Source: Geotalea uraniireducens Rf4
GTDB taxonomy: Bacteria > Desulfobacterota > Desulfuromonadia > Geobacterales > Geobacteraceae
Reading direction: 5' to 3'
DNA: 32,000 nt
Assembly: GCF_000016745.1 (NCBI RefSeq)
Contig: NC_009483.1
Span: forward strand, 4,140,001-4,172,000
The translations under genes were made by a program, and so were the position numbers. Positions 9,049 through 17,082 of this stretch are shown piece by piece. The notes under the pieces were generated by a model. That model was not told the DNA's origin, ran no database searches, and was given only the letters and a program-made list of their open reading frames with translations. Within the stretch, counting starts at the first letter, position 1; each line of letters starts with the position of its first letter.

Positions 9049-10264
9049 TGCCCAGCAAAACTGGAGCGCCGAGCGGGAAAAGATCATAGGGCTAGGCGAA
9101 CGCTCACTGCGGAAAACCTACTATCCCGAACTTCAGCAAAAACTCGATGAACTGGAGCGGTTCAGGGCACTGCTGGACCAGAGCAACGACTGCATTTTTC
9201 TCCTTGAGGCTGCAACCCTCACCTTTGTCGATGTCAATGAGTCCGCCTGCCGTCAGCTGGGCTGTTCCCGCGAGGAGTTCATTTCCTTTCCTCTTGGAAA
9301 TTTTCTGCCGAAGGAAGCGACGGCAAGGGTGGAGAATCTGGTTTCTTCAGGACCTGCCCAGGGGTGGGACCAGGACACGATAACCACCCAAATGTGCAAA
9401 TGTTCGGGAGAAAAGCTTCCGGTCGAAATCACCATCCGCCTGGTCACCTTCAACAAGATTCTGTACGGCGTGGCAGTGGCCCGTGACATTACCGAACGGA
9501 AACGGGCGGAAAAGGCGCTCCTGGAAAACTCCAGGATGCTGCGGGACATGGAACTCGCCCGACAGATTCAGCTCTCCCTTCTGCCGACCGCTCCGCCGAA
9601 ACTGCCCGGCGTCCTGCTCGCCGGATGCTGTGTGCCCGCCACCCATGTGGGAGGCGACTATTACGACTACTATGAGCGCGAAAACGGCGTAGTGGATATG
9701 GTCATCGCAGATGTTTCAGGCCACAGTATCGGTGCTGCCCTGATGACGGCAGAAGCCAGATCGGTTCTGCACGCCGAGGTTCAGTCATTCAGCCATACCG
9801 GAGATATCCTCGCATCGCTCAATGAGATACTCTACAATGATCTTAATCAGGCGGAGCTTTTCATAACCCTCTTCTATGTCAAATATGACACTCTCACCCA
9901 TACTCTTACCTATTCGAACGCCGGTCACGTCTCCCCGTTGCTCACCCGCAACTCCGGAGCAACATGCCTGAAACTGGATGCCGAAGGGCTCATCCTGGGA
10001 GTCAAAAAGGGGGTGTCCTTCGAAGAAAAGCAGCTCCGGATGGAGAAAGGTGACCTCCTCTTCCTTTACACAGACGGCGTCACCGAATCCCGGAACAGCG
10101 CAGGAGAACTGTTTGGCCTTGGCAGGCTGTGCGACCTCATAAATGCCCGGCATGCGGAACCGCCCCAGGCGATTATCGACGCCGTGCTTGAGGATGTTTC
10201 GGCATTTACCGGCACATCCGCACTGGAAGACGATGTGACCATGGTCGCCATGAAGGTGGTCTGA
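9032..10264 (+). CDS. PAS sensor / PP2C (SpoIIE, RsbU-like) serine phosphatase
   Basis: Start set at the ATG at 9032 (MKKPSDAQQNW), which overlaps the ADH 3' end by 17 nt. The N-terminal PAS domain ends at ARDITERKRAE. The PP2C core carries GGDYYDY, ADVSGHS and LYTDGVTE. Confidence 0.88.
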   Translation: MKKPSDAQQNWSAEREKIIGLGERSLRKTYYPELQQKLDELERFRALLDQSNDCIFLLEAATLTFVDVNESACRQLGCSREEFISFPLGNFLPKEATARVENLVSSGPAQGWDQDTITTQMCKCSGEKLPVEITIRLVTFNKILYGVAVARDITERKRAEKALLENSRMLRDMELARQIQLSLLPTAPPKLPGVLLAGCCVPATHVGGDYYDYYERENGVVDMVIADVSGHSIGAALMTAEARSVLHAEVQSFSHTGDILASLNEILYNDLNQAELFITLFYVKYDTLTHTLTYSNAGHVSPLLTRNSGATCLKLDAEGLILGVKKGVSFEEKQLRMEKGDLLFLYTDGVTESRNSAGELFGLGRLCDLINARHAEPPQAIIDAVLEDVSAFTGTSALEDDVTMVAMKVV

Positions 10265-10374
10265 TCGGAGACAAAAGTAATTTGCTGGGGGGCTTTGCAT
10301 TTCCCCTGGAAATGTTAAAATTTATTTACAAACCAAAAAGATGCATCCCAAAACGGACCGGGGAGGTCAACGCC

Positions 10375-11154
10375 ATGTCGCTGATATCCATCCATTGTGC
10401 CGATGAGATCGCCACCATAACATTCACCAACTCCGCGCGCCGCAACGCCCTCAGCAATGCGATGATCGAGGAGGTACTCCATGCCGTCCACGACTTCGAG
10501 CAAAACAAGATGCGGGTACTGGTCCTCCGGGCAGAGCGGGGGGTGAAGGTCTGGTCTGCGGGGCGCGACGTTACGGAACTCCCCCAACCATGCCGGGACC
10601 CGTTGGAGTATGGTGATCCACTGGAGATCATCCTCCGTCAGGTGCAGGAATGCTCCATGCCGGTCATAGCCATGCTGGAGGGGAGCGTCTGGGGCGGGGC
10701 GTGCGACCTCGTCCTCAGCTGCGACATCGTGATCGGCTGCCCCACCACCTCCTTCTGCATGACCCCCGCCAAGATCGGCGTGCCGTATAACGTTACGGGG
10801 ATCCTCCACTTCCTGAACATCATGGGGGCGAACCTCGCCAAGGAAATGTTCTTCACCGCCGAGCCGCTGAGCGCCGAACGGGCGGCGAATTTCGGCATAA
10901 TCAACCATCTCGTGCAGACGGAGGAGCTGGAGGGCTTCACCTACGAGATGGCCCGCCGGATAACCCGGAACAGCCCCCTGACCATCTCGGTCATCAAAGA
11001 GCAGGTGCGCCTCCTCTCCTGCGCCCACCCCCTGAGCCCACCCACCTTCGAGCGCATCCAGGGACTGCGGAGAAAGGTCTGCGATAGCAAGGACTACATG
11101 GAAGGGATCAACGCGTTCCTGGAAAAACGAGATCCGTCGTTTAAAGGGGAGTAG
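10375..11154 (+). CDS. scpB: enoyl-CoA hydratase/crotonase superfamily, methylmalonyl-CoA decarboxylase-like
   Basis: Start at the ATG at 10375, after a GGGGAGG SD. Motifs VWSAGRDVTELP, RDPLEYGDPL, MLEGSVWGGA, GVPYN and DYMEGINAFLEKRDPSFKG closely recall E. coli YgfG/ScpB as I remember it. Confidence 0.8.
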   Translation: MSLISIHCADEIATITFTNSARRNALSNAMIEEVLHAVHDFEQNKMRVLVLRAERGVKVWSAGRDVTELPQPCRDPLEYGDPLEIILRQVQECSMPVIAMLEGSVWGGACDLVLSCDIVIGCPTTSFCMTPAKIGVPYNVTGILHFLNIMGANLAKEMFFTAEPLSAERAANFGIINHLVQTEELEGFTYEMARRITRNSPLTISVIKEQVRLLSCAHPLSPPTFERIQGLRRKVCDSKDYMEGINAFLEKRDPSFKGE

Positions 11155-11247
11155 GCGTAGAATGCCGACGGCGGCTTACCCGGCACCCTCCCCCTCCCCG
11201 CCGGTCACCATCTCGCTCCTGCCGTAACACATCCTTGAGACCAAAAT

Positions 11248-11285
11248 AAAGAGGGCCTGCATCACTGCGGGCCCTCTTTGTCTTC
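11248..11285 (+). terminator. rho-independent terminator after the scpB-like gene
   Basis: AAAGAGGGCC-loop-GGCCCTCTTT is followed by the T-rich stretch TGTCTT. Confidence 0.7.
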
Positions 11286-11495
11286 GAACGCAAGCATGCG
11301 TGCGGCCGACCTCCCTCTTTACTCCCTTTCTCCCTCAATGTTCCACAAAAACACTATATACGCCGGAATAGAACAGTTGGGCTGTTCCATTTCAGAACCA
11401 TGGTCACAGGTTTTGCCCGCAGAAACATGCGCGGCAGTACCGGAACCCCTTTGTTAACGACATATTACACAGAATAAACAGGGCAATAACATAAT

Positions 11496-11511
11496 TGGTA
11501 CAGGGCTTGCG
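11496..11511 (+). promoter_or_regulatory. sigma-54 (-24/-12) promoter candidate
   Basis: TGGTAC-AGGGC-TTGCG has the GG and GC spaced exactly as in the consensus TGGCAC-N5-TTGCW. It lies about 80 nt upstream of the small ORF at 11590. Confidence 0.55.
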
Positions 11512-11589
11512 ATAATTTGCCAACATCGTAAGCTGGACCAGCAATTACTGTCACAAGAAAATTCCAAAACCAACAAAGGGAGTACTGCA

Positions 11590-11703
11590 ATGACGAACAT
11601 CAAGTTTGGGCTCGAAATCGCCGGGGTTTTATTGATGGGCATTTTTGTTCTTTTTGCTGCCTATATCAAGATAGGTGGCATGTCTTCGAAAAAGAGCAAA
11701 TAA
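11590..11703 (+). CDS. 37-aa hydrophobic small protein (single predicted TM helix, basic tail)
   Basis: Not in the ORF track because it is under 60 aa. The ATG follows an AAAGGGAG SD 7 nt upstream. Translation: MTNIKFGLEIAGVLLMGIFVLFAAYIKIGGMSSKKSK. A strong terminator follows. It is preferred over the antisense 62-aa ORF at 11454..11642. Confidence 0.5.
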   Translation: MTNIKFGLEIAGVLLMGIFVLFAAYIKIGGMSSKKSK

Positions 11704-11724
11704 ACAAAAGACACATCGGCATAA

Positions 11725-11772
11725 GGAAAGGGGGGAGGCTGTTTTTAGTAAAACAGCCTTTCCCCTTTTTCC
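11725..11772. terminator. bidirectional intrinsic terminator
   Basis: The core stem AGGCTGTTTT-TAGT-AAAACAGCCT is extended by G/C runs. T-runs lie on both sides. It sits between the converging small ORF (+) and the 97-aa gene (-). Confidence 0.75.
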
Positions 11773-11814
11773 ACAACCCCAGAATTCAGTAACTCAATCC
11801 GCCCCCATTGCCTT

Positions 11815-12108
11815 TCATTGACCCACGTCTATTTCCCCATCAACCTTGTATCGATCACGCTTCAAGACCGGAATCAAACTCGCGGTTTCGACGGGACGCC
11901 CCCATTTTACGCGGACTTCCCTGACCACCAGGTACATGAGCTCATCCTCCGGCACCTTGGTCAGCGCTGCGTAACCGGGATGAATGAGCTTCTCGCCGGC
12001 CTGTTCGAACCGAATCAGGAGGTTTCCCTCCTTGGCCGGATTCACTACGCTTCCTATCCCCCACGACGGCATGGCCGCATGCCTTACCAGATCCCCTTTC
12101 TTGAACAT
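11815..12108 (-). CDS. 97-aa hypothetical protein (N-terminal DUF3553-like/SH3-like motif)
   Basis: The N-terminus is MFKKGDLVRHAAMPSWGIGSVV...LLIRFEQAGEKLI. An AGGGGA SD precedes it. It is the first ORF downstream of a Moco-type riboswitch and its terminator. Confidence 0.7.
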   Translation of the reverse strand: MFKKGDLVRHAAMPSWGIGSVVNPAKEGNLLIRFEQAGEKLIHPGYAALTKVPEDELMYLVVREVRVKWGRPVETASLIPVLKRDRYKVDGEIDVGQ

Positions 12109-12258
12109 TTCAAGCGTCCCCTAAATAACATGGAATGACTGCCTGACTGCCGTTTTCAAGTGTATCTTGGATTGGCCAGGATGCAAATTCCCGGGGATTT
12201 TGCGGGGTGCTCGACCAGCGGCTGTGCAAAAGGGACCAGCAGCGGCGCAGCCGGAACG

Positions 12259-12289
12259 AAAAAGGCCCCTCCCCGGCTGGAGAGAGGCC
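12259..12289 (-). terminator. riboswitch expression-platform terminator
   Basis: The minus-strand RNA reads GGCCUCUCUCC-AGCC-GGGGAGGGGCC followed by UUUUU, directly 3' of the aptamer at 12319-12417. Confidence 0.7.
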
Positions 12290-12318
12290 TGCAGCGGAAA
12301 CGGTTCTGACGGAGGGTG

Positions 12319-12417
12319 TTCTCCTTTTCAAAAGGAAGGCGCAGCCGTTTCCGGCAGCACCCGTTGGCCGCGCACCGTGAGAGGGTTGCCCTGGTGGGTA
12401 CGGCGGCTCGGAGAGCC
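12319..12417 (-). promoter_or_regulatory. Moco/Tuco-type riboswitch aptamer (copy 1)
   Basis: The minus-strand RNA reads GGCUCUCCGAGCC...GGCCAACGGGUGCUGCCGGAAACGGCUGCGCCUUCCUUUUGAAAAGGAGAAC. It shares the blocks CUCCGAGC, GGCC-A-GGGU, a GAAA-tetraloop hairpin and GCCUYCC...AAAGGAGAA with copies 2 and 3. These copies sit upstream of classic Moco-regulon genes. Confidence 0.8.
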
Positions 12418-12449
12418 GACAATTTATTCAGTTACAGATCCTGGGTCTT

Positions 12450-12489
12450 TAAGCAAAATAAATGCCCGGCTTTACAACGCCGGGCATTT
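12450..12489 (-). terminator. rho-independent terminator of the aldehyde dehydrogenase gene
   Basis: AAATGCCCGGC-TTTACAAC-GCCGGGCATTT has an 11-bp stem. The minus-strand RNA continues AUUUAUUUUGCUU. Confidence 0.8.
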
Positions 12490-12621
12490 ATCACATGCAA
12501 TATTAACCATCTGAAATAATTATTTAATTTTTTCCTCCGGCCGCGCATAAAACCAAATCTCCGCCAAGGAGCCGCGGCAAAATCACCCAGCATGACGATC
12601 ACCTCAAGAACGACTGACGCT

Positions 12622-13965
12622 TTACGCAGCCATATTCCTTCTCGCAACCCGCTTGATATTGAGGAGGTTCTTGTAGCCGACGTTTTCTGTGGTGATGTTG
12701 CCCCCCATGGCACCGCACCCGAGGGTCAGGGAGGGAACGAGGCTGTTATAGAGGGCGCCGATGGTGCCATGGACAGAAGGCTGGTTCCAGACGACCCGAT
12801 TGGCGGGAACCCTGAGGGCAAACTCCGTCGCTACCCCCTCGTCCTCGGTAAAGACCACGGCCGAGTGACCTGCGCCGCCGAATTCCAGCTGGCTGACAGC
12901 GGCGGAAATTGCTTTCTCCTTACTGTCGACAATGAACCAGCCGAGAACCGGGGAGAGTTTCTCGTGGCTCATCCAGTCTTCGGGGCCGGTGGTGGTGAGC
13001 GGCACCATGAGCAGTTTCACGTCGGCAGGCACTGTAAAGCCTGCGAGTTCGGCGATAAACTGGGGCTTCTTGCCGATAATCTGCATGGACGGAACCCCCC
13101 GCTCCTTGTCGAACATCACGGCTTCCAGCTTTGCCTTCTCCTCGTCGTTGCAGAGATAGGCGCCGTTTTCTTTGAAGAGCTTGAGCGCCTTTTCAGCAAC
13201 TGCTTTATCATCAAAGATCACCGACTGGTCAGAGGAGCAGATGGTGCCGTTGTCGAAGGTTTTCGAGGCGATGACATCAGGAATCGCGATATTCAAATTA
13301 GCGCTCTTTTCGATGTATACCGGCACATTGCCTGGACCGACGCCAAGGGCGGGATGGCCGGAACTGTATGCTGCCTTGACCATGGCACCACCACCGGTGG
13401 CAATGACCATCGCCACGCCGGGATGCTTCATCAGGGCGTCCGTAGCTTCGATTGACGGTTCTTCGACCCACTGGATGCAGTTAGCCGGAGCGCCTGCGGC
13501 AACGGCTGCGTCAAGCATGATCCGGGCGGCAGCCGCGCTGCATTTCTGCGCCTTGGGGTGGAATGCCAGACAGATCACATTGCGCCCCTTCAGGGCGATG
13601 AGGGATTTGAACAGGGTAGTTGCAGCCGGATTGGTCACCGGCGTGATGGCGGCGATCACGCCGAAAGGTTCGGCAATGGAGATTATTCCGTCATCTTCCT
13701 CGATTATGCCGACCGATCTCTTGTCCTTCATGTAGTCATAGACGACCTGGGTGCCGAAGTGGTTCTTGATGACCTTGTCTTCCACATTGCCGATGCCGGT
13801 TTCCTCAACGGCCATTTCCGCGAGCTTGCGCTCATTGGCAACGCCGGCCTTGGTCATCGCCTCCGTGATCCTGTCAACCTGTTCCTGGGTTAAACCCTTG
13901 AAAGCTTCAGCTGCCTTGCGTGCCTTTGCGACCATCTGATCGACCTGAGTTACTAAACATGTCAT
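12622..13965 (-). CDS. CoA-acylating aldehyde dehydrogenase (EutE/PduP/AdhE N-domain type)
   Basis: Start trimmed to the ATG at 13965 (MTCLVTQVDQMVAKARKA), after an AAAGGGAAAGG SD. The catalytic Cys context FDNGTICSSDQS resembles AdhE FDNG.IC.SEQ. It also carries ITPVTNP and GVGPGNVP. Confidence 0.9.
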   Translation of the reverse strand: MTCLVTQVDQMVAKARKAAEAFKGLTQEQVDRITEAMTKAGVANERKLAEMAVEETGIGNVEDKVIKNHFGTQVVYDYMKDKRSVGIIEEDDGIISIAEPFGVIAAITPVTNPAATTLFKSLIALKGRNVICLAFHPKAQKCSAAAARIMLDAAVAAGAPANCIQWVEEPSIEATDALMKHPGVAMVIATGGGAMVKAAYSSGHPALGVGPGNVPVYIEKSANLNIAIPDVIASKTFDNGTICSSDQSVIFDDKAVAEKALKLFKENGAYLCNDEEKAKLEAVMFDKERGVPSMQIIGKKPQFIAELAGFTVPADVKLLMVPLTTTGPEDWMSHEKLSPVLGWFIVDSKEKAISAAVSQLEFGGAGHSAVVFTEDEGVATEFALRVPANRVVWNQPSVHGTIGALYNSLVPSLTLGCGAMGGNITTENVGYKNLLNIKRVARRNMAA

Positions 13966-14026
13966 GTTGTCACCTTTCCCTTTTAAAGCATTCTTTGTTA
14001 TAAGGCCGATGCCTTGTCGTCCACTT

Positions 14027-14042
14027 AGCACCGAGCATGCCA
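14027..14042 (-). promoter_or_regulatory. sigma-54 promoter of the aldehyde dehydrogenase gene
   Basis: The minus strand reads TGGCATG-CTCG-GTGCT, with GG/GC spacing identical to the consensus. It lies about 60 nt upstream of the start at 13965 and is divergent from a sigma-54 activator gene. Confidence 0.65.
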
Positions 14043-14239
14043 ATCGCAAAACAGTGTTCTTATTCACAACACACCCCTTGACATCAATAATTCGCAAAAA
14101 GCATAAACCTACGTAAAAGCAGATACATAGCCACCTTTAAGGGAAGTGCGGCCTCAACCCATGTTCATGTTACCCCCCTTGTCCCCATGGTCCAATTGGA
14201 AGCGCATTAATGTGATTAACCAGCCAACTGCCACAAAAC

Positions 14240-14268
14240 GTGACACCTGCACCATGAACAGGTGTCAC
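14240..14268. promoter_or_regulatory. perfect 10-bp inverted repeat GTGACACCTG-N9-CAGGTGTCAC, candidate enhancer (UAS)
   Basis: It lies about 200-240 bp upstream of the sigma-54 promoter, in the 450-bp divergent intergenic region. There is no U-tract, so it is unlikely to be a terminator. Confidence 0.45.
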
Positions 14269-14371
14269 ATAAACTAACAATCTCCTATCAGGTATGACGT
14301 TATTCTATTGTCTATTATGAATAATTCTCGATAGTTGGCATAATGTCTACATCTAGTGCGACAGGTTTGCA

Positions 14372-14400
14372 TTGATTTTTAAAACGATATTCGCTAGAAT
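14372..14400 (+). promoter_or_regulatory. sigma-70-like promoter TTGATT-17-TAGAAT
   Basis: The hexamers and spacing are good, but the -10 lies only about 8 nt before the SD of the regulator gene, which would give a very short leader. Confidence 0.35.
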
Positions 14401-14421
14401 CAGCCATAAGGAGTGGTCTGC

Positions 14422-16404
14422 ATGCATAAATTCCCCACTATCAGCAAGATCAAGATAAATCAGGCTCGCGCCGATTTTATCAGCCGCGGGACGCTCCCCA
14501 CCGGCCTCGTCTCGGACTCCATAATGCGTTCCTGGCGACGTTCGATCGACAATGGTGTGGACATGGAGCGGGAAAACAGCAACATTCCGACCATCACCAG
14601 CAAGGAACTGGAAGGTCTCACGGAAAAGAATCGCAACCTCCTCGTCCAGTCCTTCCCCGTCATGGAGAACCTCTACGAGCAGATCCAGGACACTTCGAGC
14701 ATGGTGATCCTGGCAGATGCGACAGGGGTCGTGCTCCACTCCCTGGGGGATACGGATTTCGTGGACCGGGCCCGCAAAGTGTCCTTGCAGCCCGGCGGCA
14801 TCTGGTCCGAGCAGTTTCGCGGCACGAATGCCATCGGCACTGCCATTGTGGAGCAACTGCCGGTCCTTGTGCACAGTTCGGAACACTACGTAACGTCCAA
14901 CGATTTTCTAACCTGCTCGGCCGCCCCGATCTTCGACCCGTACGGCAAGCTCCTCGGCGTCCTCGACGTTTCCGGCGACTGCCGCGCCTACCAGCAGCAT
15001 ACGATGGCCCTCGTGAGGATTTCCGTTCAGCAGATCGAAAACCAGATGTTTTCCATCGGCTTCGATTCGGACATCATCCTTCAGTTCCATAGCCGCCCCG
15101 AATTCATCGGCACCATGTACGAAGCCATTGCGGTATTCGGACGTGATGGCCGTTTGCTGGCAGCGAACCGGAGCGCCCTCCTGCACCTGGGATTGGACCG
15201 TTACCGGGCCCAGACCGTAACGTTCACCCACCTGTTCGACCTGTCTCTCGACTCGCTGCTGGCCCATGCCGGGGCTACCCCCCAGCCGGTCCTGCAGCTG
15301 CCCCTCTACGGCGGGATGAAGGTATTCGGCCGGGCAAGGGTTTCGCCGGCACGATCTGCCAAGGTAATCAGTCACAAAGGATCGCCGGGAGCATCCACAC
15401 CGGCACGAAAACCGGGCCTGAGCGAAAGACGGCTTCTCGCCCTGGATGCCCTGGAGTTCGGCGATACCAGGATGCGGAGCGCCATCGACAAGGCGCGGAG
15501 GGTAGCGGGACACGATATACCGGTGCTGATTGAAGGGGAATCGGGAACCGGCAAAGAGCTTTTCGCCAGGGCGATGCATCTGAGCGGCGGGCGGCGCAAT
15601 GCGCCGTTCGTGGCGCTCAACTGCGCGGCGATACCGGAAAATTTGATCGAATCGGAGTTGTTCGGCTATCAGGAAGGGGCGTTCACCGGGGCAAAGCGGA
15701 ACGGGAGTATGGGCAAAATCCGGCAGGCGGACGGGGGAACTCTGTTTTTGGACGAAATCGGCGACATGCCGTTGGCGCTGCAAGCGAGGTTACTTCGGGT
15801 GCTCCAGGAACGCACCGTTACCCCGCTGGGAGGCGCCGGTTCCCACCCCATCGACATCTCGGTGGTCTGTGCAACCAACCGGAAGCTTCGGGACGAAATC
15901 GCTGCAGGGCGTTTCCGGGAAGATCTTTACTACCGCCTCAATGGACTGCTCATCACCCTGCCGACCCTGCGGGAGCGCGAAGACCTGCGTCCCCTGGCAC
16001 AGTCCATTCTGAATGAGATTACAGGATTGGGGCGGGTGATAAGGTTGAGGGACGACGTGCTCGACATTTTCGCGTCTCACCCCTGGCCGGGCAATGTCCG
16101 CCAGATGCATAACGTGCTCCGCACTGCGGTCGCCCTCCTCGGAGAAGACGACGAGATCAGCGTGGTCCACCTCTCCGACGACTTTCTGGAACAGTACCGG
16201 GAAGCCGCCCCCCTTCACATTGAGAGTAAAAACTACCTCCCGGCCACGACGGTGCAGGCCGGCACGGCAAGCCTGGACCATCTGGAGGCCCAGGCAATCC
16301 GCCAGGCGGTCAGGGAATGCAACGGCAACATATCTGCCGCTGCACGACGGCTCGGGATAAGCAGGAACACCCTCTACCGGAAAATGCGTTCCATCGGCCT
16401 GTGA
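14422..16404 (+). CDS. sigma-54-dependent transcriptional activator, AcoR-like (N-terminal sensor + AAA+ + Fis HTH)
   Basis: It carries GESGTGKE (Walker A), the GAFTGA loop (EGAFTGA), LFLDEIGDM, and the C-terminal HTH NISAAARRLGISRNTLYRKM. The ATG at 14422 lies 8 nt after an AAGGAG. The ORF track starts at a GTG at 14413. Confidence 0.92.
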   Translation: MHKFPTISKIKINQARADFISRGTLPTGLVSDSIMRSWRRSIDNGVDMERENSNIPTITSKELEGLTEKNRNLLVQSFPVMENLYEQIQDTSSMVILADATGVVLHSLGDTDFVDRARKVSLQPGGIWSEQFRGTNAIGTAIVEQLPVLVHSSEHYVTSNDFLTCSAAPIFDPYGKLLGVLDVSGDCRAYQQHTMALVRISVQQIENQMFSIGFDSDIILQFHSRPEFIGTMYEAIAVFGRDGRLLAANRSALLHLGLDRYRAQTVTFTHLFDLSLDSLLAHAGATPQPVLQLPLYGGMKVFGRARVSPARSAKVISHKGSPGASTPARKPGLSERRLLALDALEFGDTRMRSAIDKARRVAGHDIPVLIEGESGTGKELFARAMHLSGGRRNAPFVALNCAAIPENLIESELFGYQEGAFTGAKRNGSMGKIRQADGGTLFLDEIGDMPLALQARLLRVLQERTVTPLGGAGSHPIDISVVCATNRKLRDEIAAGRFREDLYYRLNGLLITLPTLREREDLRPLAQSILNEITGLGRVIRLRDDVLDIFASHPWPGNVRQMHNVLRTAVALLGEDDEISVVHLSDDFLEQYREAAPLHIESKNYLPATTVQAGTASLDHLEAQAIRQAVRECNGNISAAARRLGISRNTLYRKMRSIGL

Positions 16405-16515
16405 TGCCTTGCCGGATTTTCCTGGCAGTCACATTCAAGCAAGATCCTCATTTTTACCTGCTGCAGCCAACCTGACAGAGCGTACCGGCATCGAATAGCC
16501 TGAGATATTCGGGAT

Positions 16516-17004
16516 TCACGGCGTGCCGCACTCAGCCTGGTCCCCCTGGATCTTGGCCACCGCATGGGGGACCGCCGGCCAGACGGCCTCCAGGTTCTCT
16601 ATCGCCCCTTTCGGACTTCCCGGCAGGTTGATGATGAGCGTCTGCCCCCTGATGCCGGCCACCGCCCGGGAGATCATGGCATTTGGGGTCTTCAGGAGGC
16701 TCTTTGCCCGCATCACCTCGCCGAAGCCGGGGATGAGACGGTCGAGCACCTCCACGGTCGCATCGGGGGTCACATCCCGGGGTGACACACCGGTGCCGCC
16801 GCAGGTGAGTATGAGATCGAAGGTGTTGCTGTCGGCCCATTCCCGCAGCCGCTCGATGATCATCGCACCCTCGTCGGGGATCACCTCGCAACGGTTGGTC
16901 GTCACCCCCTGCTGGCTGAGCCATTTCTCCAACGCCGGACCGCTGGCATCGGCCCGCTCACCGCGGGCGCCACGGTCGCTCAAAATCAATAATGCAGCCT
17001 TCAT
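16516..17004 (-). CDS. moaB: MoaB/MogA-family molybdopterin adenylyltransferase
   Basis: Start trimmed to the ATG at 17004 (MKAALLILSDRGARGERADASG). Motifs TCGGTGVSPRD and INLPGSPKG are present. Confidence 0.85.
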   Translation of the reverse strand: MKAALLILSDRGARGERADASGPALEKWLSQQGVTTNRCEVIPDEGAMIIERLREWADSNTFDLILTCGGTGVSPRDVTPDATVEVLDRLIPGFGEVMRAKSLLKTPNAMISRAVAGIRGQTLIINLPGSPKGAIENLEAVWPAVPHAVAKIQGDQAECGTP

Positions 17005-17082
17005 GATTGAATCCTTTGTAGGAGCAACCCCGTGTGGTTGCCCGATTTGGTTGCCCGGTGTGGGCGGCACATGGGGCCGCCC

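Noticed and set aside
10265-10374. A sigma-54 promoter in CTGGGGGGCTTTGCAT upstream of the crotonase gene.
   Set aside because: The GG-to-GC spacing is two nucleotides too short for a -24/-12 promoter.
11454-11642. 62-aa minus-strand ORF from the ORF track.
   Set aside because: It has no SD or promoter signal, and its Cys/Leu/Pro-rich translation is odd. The plus-strand 37-aa ORF is a better explanation of the region: it has an SD, a sigma-54 promoter candidate and a terminator.
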